A DNA stretch of 64,000 bases from Candidatus Poribacteria bacterium (GTDB taxonomy: Bacteria; Poribacteria; WGA-4E; WGA-3G), in NCBI GenBank assembly GCA_022821725.1, contig JAJEDB010000043.1, positions 143,900 through 207,899 on the forward strand, written 5' to 3'. Position numbers and translations under genes: made by a program. The notes beneath the pieces were generated by a model. That model searched no databases. It was not told the DNA's origin and saw only the letters and a program-made list of their open reading frames with translations. Every line of letters starts with the position of its first letter. Position 1 is the stretch's first letter. Of the stretch, positions 36,475 through 44,347 are shown in pieces.

Positions 36475-37704
36475 CTAAATGTTCGGTCTCGATAAGTTCG
36501 GTTGATCGCGTAGCAGAATCAGGAGCGGTGCCAAGACCACTGGAATCATCACTAACCCATCAAGCACAATAGGCAGCCCGTATTGATCCCCCAAAACACC
36601 GACGAATTTGTTCAGTATGCCGCCGACACCCCACGCCGCACCCATCATAAAACTCGAAGCAATGTTTTCATGCCCGCGCAGGATCATCTGTGCTAAGATA
36701 ATGTTAACCGTGATTGAACTTGAAAGCACGACGTTCCCTAAAAAGAGGAACACAAGGAAACTCGGTCCCTCAGAGTGTAGTGAGGCATAGAGAAGCGGTG
36801 GCGATCCGAGGAGTGAGACTAACAACAGCACATAGGTGTTCACGCGGGTGATAAGCCAACCACTCGACATGATACCCATAGAACCTGCGAAGATGAATAC
36901 GGCAATCACAAGCGAACGCACCTGGTCGGAATAGTTTTGGTCATCGAGATAGATGGATAGGAAATTTTCCAATCCGACTGCTGTGACGGTTCGGAGTGCC
37001 GCAATAATAAATAGCACATTGAGCGGTAGAAGATGTGGACGGGCGACAGTCCAAAACGGTTCTTGCGGTCTCGGTTCCGCCTCTAATCTTCCACGCGGCG
37101 TGGCGGTCAGATCCAGCGACTTCTCGAATTTCAGCACTTTCGGCACCAACACCGCTAAAAGCACACCCGGTATCATTTCCCACACCAAGTATTCTAAGCC
37201 GAAACGGTATGGAATGAACATCAGCACCAATGGACCGAGTGCCCGTCCGATGTTCCCGCCTGTCAGGAAAATGGAAGTGCCCATCCCTCTCCCCTCTGAA
37301 GCGAGCGCGCCCGCATAAGTCGTCGCTTGCGGATGGAAAGAGGCGATGCCGAGTCCACCTACTGCTAATAACAGATAGACGACACGCGGCGAAGGGGCAA
37401 CCCATAAAAGGCTCAAACCGATCGCAGTAAAACCGACACCAAAGGTCAGGAAATGCACCGACCGGACCCGATCCGATAGCCATCCGAAGAGTATCTGTCC
37501 GAGTGAACTGAAGACGCTGTAAATCGAGATGAAGTTGCCTGCTAAACTGTTCCGTGTTGCGACTGAAGTTGCTAACTTTGTCAGTAGGAGCGGTTGCAAA
37601 TGCGACAAGAGGGTCGCATAGGAGTCGAGAACGGTATGGGATAACGTCAGAAAATAGAACTGTTTCCGAGAAGACGCTTTAGAAGGATTTTGAGGGTTTT
37701 CCAT
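36475..37704 (-). CDS. MFS transporter
   Basis: 409 aa, about 12 hydrophobic segments, GxLSDRxxR-like WLSDRVRS loop motif. Confidence 0.85.
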   Translation of the reverse strand: MENPQNPSKASSRKQFYFLTLSHTVLDSYATLLSHLQPLLLTKLATSVATRNSLAGNFISIYSVFSSLGQILFGWLSDRVRSVHFLTFGVGFTAIGLSLLWVAPSPRVVYLLLAVGGLGIASFHPQATTYAGALASEGRGMGTSIFLTGGNIGRALGPLVLMFIPYRFGLEYLVWEMIPGVLLAVLVPKVLKFEKSLDLTATPRGRLEAEPRPQEPFWTVARPHLLPLNVLFIIAALRTVTAVGLENFLSIYLDDQNYSDQVRSLVIAVFIFAGSMGIMSSGWLITRVNTYVLLLVSLLGSPPLLYASLHSEGPSFLVFLFLGNVVLSSSITVNIILAQMILRGHENIASSFMMGAAWGVGGILNKFVGVLGDQYGLPIVLDGLVMIPVVLAPLLILLRDQPNLSRPNI

Positions 37705-37828
37705 GAGGCGAAATGAATACCGCTTTTCTATGAAGATTTAGGTGATGTGTATTGTAGAATACATCCATCTAAAAAGCAAATCTTTTTTCTATGTAGTGGC
37801 TTTGTAAGCCCGAGATCGCCATTTCTTC

Positions 37829-37857
37829 TTGACAATTAAATCCCTCACATATATCAT
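37829..37857 (+). promoter_or_regulatory. sigma70 promoter
   Basis: TTGACA-N17-TATCAT. Confidence 0.6.
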
Positions 37858-37909
37858 GATACGAATCCTTTAAACAGAAACATTTACAATACACACAGCG
37901 AGCGCGCCT

Positions 37910-38899
37910 TTGGATAAAAAGCAAATTCAACGGGTCACGAAAATCGGTTTACCGACGGTCTTAGCAGTCGTTATAACATACTTCCTTTTAAAAGAGATCG
38001 ACATTCAAGAGATACCCAAAACCCTGAGCCGATTGTCAATCAAGGTGCTCTGCATCGGGTTCGGATGCTATTGCGTGTTAGTCTTAGCGAAAGCCCTCCG
38101 CTTCCGGGCACTGCTCAATCTTGAGAGTGGTATCCATCAGGTCTTCCCAATTTTGGCGATGCACACCTTTTGGGGCAATATTCTCCCGATGCGGACAGGC
38201 GATGTGTCTTATGTCTATCTGATGCAACGCCGTCAGAAGGTGGAGGCAACGCAGGGAGTCGCTTCGCTGCTGGTAGCAAGCCTGATCGATTTAGTACTGT
38301 TGATGTGCCTGGTGGTCGCTACGGCGTGGCTTCTGCGGGCTGCGCTGCGAGACACGTTTTCTGGCACGGTTCTCTATCTCATACCGCTCCTGATGGGAGG
38401 TGGCTTGGTCGCTGTAGTGGTTTTTGTCTACGCTGCACCGCATGCCTGTATGAGATTCGCAGAACGGTGTGCGAAGCCTCTATTGGCACTTGAAAAGCGA
38501 TCGGTTTCGTGGACAGTCGATAAAGTTTTGGCAGTGCTTCGGGAACTCACGAGGTTCCGATCCCATCGGCGGTTCTTAGAGGTTTGGCTATATTCCGTTC
38601 TGTGTCTCGCAATCCGTTTCGGATTCCAATGCTACCTCGTGGTCGAGATGGGCGTTGACATTCCGATGACCGAGGTGCTATTCGCGCTTGCATTTACCAA
38701 TGTTTTCAATCTGTTACCCGTTCAAACCGTCGGTAATTTCGGGACAACGGAATTCCCTTTCGTCTGGTTGCTAAACCACTTCGGCACCTCTATAGAGGTT
38801 GCTACTGTTACTGGATTCAGTTTGCATATTCTAATCCTACTTTACTGTTTACCTTTAGGCGCGTCCGGGTTCTTGATGAAACCGAAGGAGCAAGAATAA
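37910..38899 (+). CDS. Polytopic membrane protein, flippase-like / LPG-synthase TM (UPF0104)-like
   Basis: 329 aa, about 8 TM. TTG start with no SD. Family assignment is from general resemblance only. Confidence 0.45.
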   Translation: MDKKQIQRVTKIGLPTVLAVVITYFLLKEIDIQEIPKTLSRLSIKVLCIGFGCYCVLVLAKALRFRALLNLESGIHQVFPILAMHTFWGNILPMRTGDVSYVYLMQRRQKVEATQGVASLLVASLIDLVLLMCLVVATAWLLRAALRDTFSGTVLYLIPLLMGGGLVAVVVFVYAAPHACMRFAERCAKPLLALEKRSVSWTVDKVLAVLRELTRFRSHRRFLEVWLYSVLCLAIRFGFQCYLVVEMGVDIPMTEVLFALAFTNVFNLLPVQTVGNFGTTEFPFVWLLNHFGTSIEVATVTGFSLHILILLYCLPLGASGFLMKPKEQE

Positions 38900-38900
38900 T

Positions 38901-39716
38901 ATGAGAATTATCGATCCACATGTTCACGTTTGGAAAAACGATCCCCAATTCCCATGGGCACCAGAGACGACAAGTCCACCTGAAGAAGATGCAACGGCAG
39001 AGATGCTCTTGGAATTGATGGCGGCGAACGGTGTAGAGAAAACCGTTCTCGTTCAAGTCATCCATTACCGCTGGGATAACAGTTATGCCGCAGACGCAAT
39101 GAAAAGGTATCCCGATAAATTCATGGGTGTCTGTCGAATCAACCCCGAAGATCCGGATGCCCCCGATCACCTCAGCCGTTGGACGGAGGCGGACGGCTTC
39201 CACGGGGTGCGACTCAGTCCTTCTGTCGGTGAAGCAGGCGACTGGTTTGCGGGCCCGTTGATGCCACCGATCTTCCGGCGTGCGGAAACCCTCGGTGTCC
39301 CGATGCTGATTCTCACAGGAGCGGAGAGATTGGCAGATCTCGTGCCACTCTTGGAACAGCACCCGGACCTTGATGTCGTCATAGACCACATGGCAGACTG
39401 CTCGCCGGACGCCCCTGACAAACTTGAATTGCTGCTGAACCTCGCACGGTTTCCTCGCGTCTACGTCAAAATTAGCCACACATGGTCGATATCGGAGACG
39501 GGATACCCGTGGGCGGACACCTTTGAACAGGTTAAGAAGGTATATCAGGCATTCGGAGGTTCACGACTGATGTGGGGAACAGATTGGCCCGTCTGTCTCA
39601 GTCGCGCCAGTTATTCAGAAACCCTGTCAGTCGTGCGTGATGAGATGGATTTCTTCACACCCGAAGACCGGGAGTGGGTGTTAGGAAAAACCGCACTCCG
39701 CCTCTGGCAATTCTGA
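38901..39716 (+). CDS. Amidohydrolase-2 family metal-dependent hydrolase (lactonase/decarboxylase-like)
   Basis: MRIIDPHVHVW (HxH), VVIDHMA, WGTDWP. Confidence 0.85.
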   Translation: MRIIDPHVHVWKNDPQFPWAPETTSPPEEDATAEMLLELMAANGVEKTVLVQVIHYRWDNSYAADAMKRYPDKFMGVCRINPEDPDAPDHLSRWTEADGFHGVRLSPSVGEAGDWFAGPLMPPIFRRAETLGVPMLILTGAERLADLVPLLEQHPDLDVVIDHMADCSPDAPDKLELLLNLARFPRVYVKISHTWSISETGYPWADTFEQVKKVYQAFGGSRLMWGTDWPVCLSRASYSETLSVVRDEMDFFTPEDREWVLGKTALRLWQF

Positions 39717-39728
39717 AAATTTTTTCTC

Positions 39729-39757
39729 TTGACAAATTTTCGCGCGTATGGTATTAT
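39729..39757 (+). promoter_or_regulatory. Near-consensus sigma70 promoter
   Basis: TTTTTTCTC-TTGACA-N17-TATTAT with TGG extended -10, 12 nt after the amidohydrolase stop. Confidence 0.7.
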
Positions 39758-39906
39758 AAGAGAATTAAGTTAAGTGTAATAACGTATCCCCGTTCCCAAC
39801 CCTCTGCAAAAAACAGCACCGTGGCAAGGCACCACGCTTTACAAACCCTTATACGCTTTTAAGGGTCAGGTTTCAACCTCACCCTATCCACACGGGAGGA
39901 AAAACG

Positions 39907-40254
39907 ATGCCGTTCTGTCCACAATGCAATGCTGAATATAAGTTAGAAGTATCGATGTGTTCGGATTGTCACGTAGTGCTTGTGCCGCAACCCATACAAA
40001 CCGAGGTTACGGAATATGGGGACTGGGACACGCTTGAATCTGTCCCGAATGAATTAGCGGGAAATATCCTCCAAGGTGTCTTGGAAGAGGACGGTATCCC
40101 TGCTCGCCTCCGCTGCCATGAAGCCCCTAATTATGGTGGCGTGAAAGGCAATATCTGGCAATCCGAATGGGGCGATCTGCTTGTGCCGGCGAATTTACTG
40201 CCACAAGCACGAGCGTGCCTTAAAACCTATTTCGATTCATTACAAGACCGTTAA
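39907..40254 (+). CDS. Zinc-ribbon plus DUF2007-like (putative signal-transducing) small protein
   Basis: 115 aa. CPQC..(14)..CSDC, then LESVPNELAGNILQGVLEEDGIPARL. GGGAGG SD. Confidence 0.55.
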   Translation: MPFCPQCNAEYKLEVSMCSDCHVVLVPQPIQTEVTEYGDWDTLESVPNELAGNILQGVLEEDGIPARLRCHEAPNYGGVKGNIWQSEWGDLLVPANLLPQARACLKTYFDSLQDR

Positions 40255-40273
40255 AATCCGCAGGCAGGTTGTC

Positions 40274-40495
40274 ATGAAAGCCGATCAACTCTACCTCTTT
40301 AAAGAAGCGAAATCCCACAAATCTCACAGTCGCATGGCGAATAAGGTGCATGTAAGAGGACATCGTCGGCGTAACGGGAGTTACGTCAGGGAGCATTGGC
40401 GGAGCCGACCCAACCGAAGGTTTGGTACTTTCAAACGGATTAATTCAACAGAGGAGCAGCTTTCCTTCGTTGTCAACAGTGATACCTCAGATTGA
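40274..40495 (+). CDS. Small highly basic protein
   Basis: 73 aa, K/R/H-rich core KVHVRGHRRRNGSYVREHWRSRPNRRF. 19 nt after the previous stop. Confidence 0.4.
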   Translation: MKADQLYLFKEAKSHKSHSRMANKVHVRGHRRRNGSYVREHWRSRPNRRFGTFKRINSTEEQLSFVVNSDTSD

Positions 40496-40538
40496 CACAC
40501 CTAACAAGCCTCTCTTCCTGATAACTGATAACTGATAC

Positions 40539-40628
40539 AGGACTTACGCAGCTCCCTTGCTGGCGAGGTTTCCGAACCTCGCCAATAGCGCAATATGTAG
40601 CACTTTATCGGAAAATTGCGTCCGTCCT
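40539..40628. mobile_element. MITE-like 90-bp element carrying a family-2 REP hairpin
   Basis: Left TIR AGGACTTACGCA 40539-40550, hairpin GGCGAGGTTTCCGAACCTCGCC 40562-40583, right TIR TGCGTCCGTCCT 40617-40628 (2 mismatches). Confidence 0.5.
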
Positions 40629-40665
40629 ATGATAGCCACAACAAGGCACTTCTCAAAAAAATGCT

Positions 40666-41835
40666 ATGATCTACTTTTTGCGACGCTTGCATGTATCCCA
40701 TTGGACGTTCCGGTGCCTGCAAGCGCACACGATTTTACTGTTTCTCATCGTGACGCCCCCCCTCTTCAGCGAGGTCTACCGTATCAAAAAAGGCGACACC
40801 CTTCTGATCGCGGTCGTCGGACAGCCTGAGTATACACACTCCGCACAGGTCCGCGAAGACGGCAGAATTAGTTACTTCGGTGGCGATCTTGACGTTGCTG
40901 GACAGACAGTCGAGACGGTCAACCAACAGATCCGCGAGTTCCTCATCTCAGAGGGACTTATCAGGAATCCCGTCGTCATGGTCTCACCGGTGCTACAAGA
41001 GAACGGCGTTTTCGTTGGCGGGGCAGTCAAACTTCCGGGACGCTACCCCATTTCCCCAGAAACCGACATCGGTTTATACCGTGCCATCACACTCGCGGGC
41101 GGTCTGGCAGAGAATGCCGATCACCAAGTCGTCCAATTAATCCGGACCGACATACCAGAGCAGGTCGACATCTACGACCTCTCACCGACCCACCCTTACC
41201 GCGATATCCGCGTCAGCGTCAACGATCTCGTGTTCGTGATGCCCCTCAGTGTCGTTGAAGTCCAAGGACAGGTCCAGACCCCCGGCAAACTTTTTATTCG
41301 AGGACAAATTGGCTTTAAGGAGGCACTCGCTCGCGCGGGCGGTCCCACCCAAGAGGCAGACCTAACCGCCATTGTCCGAGTCGAAAAGAACGGGAGTCTG
41401 TCCGAGTTCAACCTCGCCGAGCAGTTCTGGAGATCCACCCCGAACGATGCGCCGCTTCCGTCTTTGTCAGACGGTGACGTATTGTTTGTGCCGAACGTCT
41501 TCAAAGTCGATCCTATCTATGTGATCGGCTATGTTCGTGAACCCGGTGCCCAACGGGTTCGCGGACCGTTGACAATCGCGCGAGCCATCGCGCTCAGTGG
41601 TGGGTTTGATGCATCAGCGAACCGTGAGGAAATTCGCATTCACCGCCGCGATGGAACGAGTCAGGAAGTGCCATTTACATTTGATGTCGTTGAGGGTGAG
41701 GCACAACCGATTTTGCTCTATCCAGGCGACGTTTTAGAGGTAAAGAAGAAATTTGAGATTAATTGGAACCTCGTCAGTACCATCGTTTATATCCTTGCGA
41801 CCGGTGTGAGCCTTGTCGTGAACTTAACGAATTAA
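40666..41835 (+). CDS. Polysaccharide export protein (Wza-like, Poly_export plus SLBB repeats)
   Basis: YRIKKGDTLLIAV..VREDGRISYFG, repeated GxV..PG.Y modules, C-terminal TM helix. Confidence 0.85.
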   Translation: MIYFLRRLHVSHWTFRCLQAHTILLFLIVTPPLFSEVYRIKKGDTLLIAVVGQPEYTHSAQVREDGRISYFGGDLDVAGQTVETVNQQIREFLISEGLIRNPVVMVSPVLQENGVFVGGAVKLPGRYPISPETDIGLYRAITLAGGLAENADHQVVQLIRTDIPEQVDIYDLSPTHPYRDIRVSVNDLVFVMPLSVVEVQGQVQTPGKLFIRGQIGFKEALARAGGPTQEADLTAIVRVEKNGSLSEFNLAEQFWRSTPNDAPLPSLSDGDVLFVPNVFKVDPIYVIGYVREPGAQRVRGPLTIARAIALSGGFDASANREEIRIHRRDGTSQEVPFTFDVVEGEAQPILLYPGDVLEVKKKFEINWNLVSTIVYILATGVSLVVNLTN

Positions 41836-41898
41836 AATGTCCCAAGCGTATACTCAAGTTGTCACCCAGTTAAGAATAGCCAAAAGGAAAACAGGAAC

Positions 41899-42429
41899 AT
41901 GTGTGCAAATCCCTTTGAACTTGAAGCGTTAACACAAGCCTCCAAGAAACAGAGCGACAATTGGGAAATAAACCCGCTCTTCAGCGAATACTTTGAACAA
42001 CCTGTCCGTTTTATTACGTATACAGGCATAAAAGATCTATCGAAAATTAAAACGAAGCCTTATCTACTCAGGGGTGTTGATGCCGACCGTGAAAGGATTC
42101 AGATAGGCAAACTTCATATCTTATTTGCATTTCCGAAAGAGAAAATGCCGGATGTGAAACCCTACGTGAAAATCAGGACATCCGTGAAAGCCCAGAAACT
42201 TCAACCGATTGAGGACCCAAACGAACGGTTCCATGTTAATGACGAAGTTCTTCAGCAGGCGCAGCAAGACAAATCTAACGTCAACCTTGTCACACGGACA
42301 GGGCATGTTTTGAATGGATGTATCCAACATTTTGACAAATATATTCTCTATATGCAGCTTGGCGAGCAGGTCGTAGTTGTGTATCGGCACGGCTTGTTTG
42401 AGTTCACAATCCCAGAGCAAGCAGATTAA
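41899..42429 (+). CDS. Hypothetical protein with C-terminal Sm/Hfq-like motif
   Basis: 176 aa. C-terminus NVNLVTRTGHVLNGCIQHFDKYILYMQLGEQVVVVYRHGLFEF resembles the Hfq Sm1/Sm2 pattern. Confidence 0.5.
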   Translation: MCANPFELEALTQASKKQSDNWEINPLFSEYFEQPVRFITYTGIKDLSKIKTKPYLLRGVDADRERIQIGKLHILFAFPKEKMPDVKPYVKIRTSVKAQKLQPIEDPNERFHVNDEVLQQAQQDKSNVNLVTRTGHVLNGCIQHFDKYILYMQLGEQVVVVYRHGLFEFTIPEQAD

Positions 42430-42454
42430 CGCGCTGCGAACGCCTCGTAGGGTC

Positions 42455-42514
42455 GGTGCGGTTTCTGAACCGCTTGAACCCCAGGTCTGGTCGGTGCGGT
42501 TTCCCAACCGCACC
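42455..42514 (+). repeat. Two tandem family-1 REP hairpins
   Basis: TCGGTGCGGTTTCTGAACCGC (42455-42473, 3' arm truncated) and TCGGTGCGGTTTCCCAACCGCACC (42493-42514). Confidence 0.75.
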
Positions 42515-42727
42515 TTATACATCAATATTGGAAAAAATTGATACGTTTTGGTTTGGCGTTGACGGGTATTGACAATAATCAACACATGTCGGTTTCGACA
42601 TTTTTATTTACCGCCTCACAGACCCTCCTACTGGATCACAGAGGGTGTATCAATGAATTTTCTAATGTTGCGTAAGTCCTAAACATCATCATTTTAATGC
42701 GATATAATCTTTTAGAAGTGGTATTAG

Positions 42728-42979
42728 ATGGGTGATACTCAAATGAAATTGTGGCAAAAATCAAAAGCAAATATACGCCCCTGTTTCCTCTATGGACTCG
42801 TATCCGTTGTGTTGAAACTCATCATAGAAGGCAATAGCGAATTTACACCCATTTCTTGGGGCATTTCTTTCGTTATACATTCCACTGTTATCTATGGACT
42901 CACTGTCGGGATGAACGTGGCTTTTGCAATTGTCGGTGAAATCAAGCAATGGCTAACGAGAAATCTTATGGGTGAATAA
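42728..42979 (+). CDS. Small two-TM membrane protein
   Basis: 83 aa. Hydrophobic segments CFLYGLVSVVLKLII and VIYGLTVGMNVAFAIV. Confidence 0.4.
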   Translation: MGDTQMKLWQKSKANIRPCFLYGLVSVVLKLIIEGNSEFTPISWGISFVIHSTVIYGLTVGMNVAFAIVGEIKQWLTRNLMGE

Positions 42980-43039
42980 CTGATCACACAAAGGAGAAGG
43001 TATGACACAAGCACAGATGAAATCCGTTGCAGAAATGTC

Positions 43040-43576
43040 GTGGTGGTATTATACATCAAAAAAAAACTCGCCGCGGCTCACAATCTCACCGAAAAACAGA
43101 TAGATGAACTTCGCAGATCCCCTGGGTATAAAAAGTGCGTGTTCAATCTAATGCTTGGACAGCGACACACTTTAGAAGAATTCGACAAATGGGTCAAAGA
43201 TCTCAGTCCGGGAATGGGAATGCCTAAGCGGTTTGGTAGACGAATGGGGCTTGAACCCGAAGAAGTTGAGTACCTCGTTGCGCGTGTGCGTCAGGCTCAC
43301 AATGAGATAGTTTCCGGCAAAGCCAAAGCCCCGAAGCCCATCCCAGACCCTTTAAAGCGAATTGAAAACCATAAGCATGGACTCTATAGGGAACAGGGAC
43401 GGAAGTGTAACGGATGCAAGGAAATCTTCAGTTTCTCTGACATGACAATTGATCATATCATACCGCGCTCCAGAGGCGGAACAGACGCTCTTGAGAATCT
43501 GCAGTTGTTGTGTCAGTCGTGCAATTCGTCAAAAGGTGCTCACACACAAGAGGAATGGGTAAGAGGCAAACTCTGA
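43040..43576 (+). CDS. HNH endonuclease (likely 5'-extended to 43002 through an A9 frame change)
   Basis: C-terminus CNGC..DHIIPRSRGGTDALENLQLLCQSCNSSKG. The GTG at 43040 has no SD. An SD-equipped ATG at 43002 is in the +1 register until the A9 run. Confidence 0.85.
   Translation: MVVLYIKKKLAAAHNLTEKQIDELRRSPGYKKCVFNLMLGQRHTLEEFDKWVKDLSPGMGMPKRFGRRMGLEPEEVEYLVARVRQAHNEIVSGKAKAPKPIPDPLKRIENHKHGLYREQGRKCNGCKEIFSFSDMTIDHIIPRSRGGTDALENLQLLCQSCNSSKGAHTQEEWVRGKL
43058..43066 (+). other. A9 homopolymer / A_AAA_AAA slippery heptamer
   Basis: Counted directly. In the frame of ATG 43002 the codons read TCA AAA AAA AAC. Confidence 0.9.
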
Positions 43577-43672
43577 TAAACCTGATTTACTACGCCAGTT
43601 TCGATTGGCGCGCTGAAAATCCATCAATTGAAACGACTACCATAAACAACCTAATGAAAGGAGTAATGCAAA

Positions 43673-43885
43673 GTGAATATCCCCAAAGAATACGCTGTTT
43701 GCGATCCTGATTATCGGGGTGGCGGCGGTCTTGCTGAAGATGTTGGACTTTTGCGTGATTTCGTGAGAACGATAAAATCACTTGAAGCCGAACATCACAT
43801 TTGCCTAACTTCACTTGATTCCGAAGCAAAAGTGAAGTTTGAACAACTCTGTAAACCACTACTTGATTATCTCTATATGGAATAA
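43673..43885 (+). CDS. Hypothetical small protein
   Basis: 70 aa. GTG start 9 nt after AAAGGAG. No recognisable motif. Confidence 0.35.
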   Translation: MNIPKEYAVCDPDYRGGGGLAEDVGLLRDFVRTIKSLEAEHHICLTSLDSEAKVKFEQLCKPLLDYLYME

Positions 43886-44029
43886 TCAAATAATCTTAGG
43901 ACTTATGCAGTTCGCCTTAAAGCCCCCTGATAAGGGAATTTAGGGGGTTTAAAGAATGAAAATTACCACTTTTATGGATCGGGCATTCCCCTCCATGCGA
44001 AAGCATGGAGTCCCTGCCCGAAGAAATTG

Positions 44030-44347
44030 ATGGAACATCCAAATTGGACAAAAACTGATTCGCGAAAATCCAAGCAAATTTGGGCGGAATACCAAGAGCA
44101 ACACGATATCTCCGATCGAATTGGACAAACAGCCGGCATCGATCCAAAAAGCGGCAAGATTTGGTTCGGCGACTCCATCTCAGAAATCGTAGAACATCGA
44201 CGTGCTGAAGGTATGACCTCTCCGCTTTTCTTTGAACTCGTCGGCTTTAAAGCCTATTTTCGGAAGGGTGGGCATCGCTATTGTATTGGAACGGGTTCTA
44301 TGAGACAAATGTTTAAAAATCATGCTCAACATCAAACCCACGCATAA
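44030..44347 (+). CDS. Hypothetical small protein overlapping the methyltransferase start
   Basis: 105 aa (..GQTAGIDPKSGKIWFGDSISEIV..PLFFELVG..YFRKGGHR). The 3' end overlaps the downstream ATG by 26 nt. Confidence 0.45.
   Translation: MEHPNWTKTDSRKSKQIWAEYQEQHDISDRIGQTAGIDPKSGKIWFGDSISEIVEHRRAEGMTSPLFFELVGFKAYFRKGGHRYCIGTGSMRQMFKNHAQHQTHA

Noticed and set aside
42669-43909. TGCGTAAGTCCT ... AGGACTTATGCA inverted pair flanking the 2-TM ORF, the HNH gene and the 70-aa ORF, a possible 1.2-kb transposon carrying the HNH nuclease.
   Set aside because: The orientation is wrong. In the two complete 90-bp elements the left end is AGGACTTACGCA and the right end TGCGTAAGTCCT. Here the order is right-end then left-end, so the segment lies between two element ends rather than inside one.
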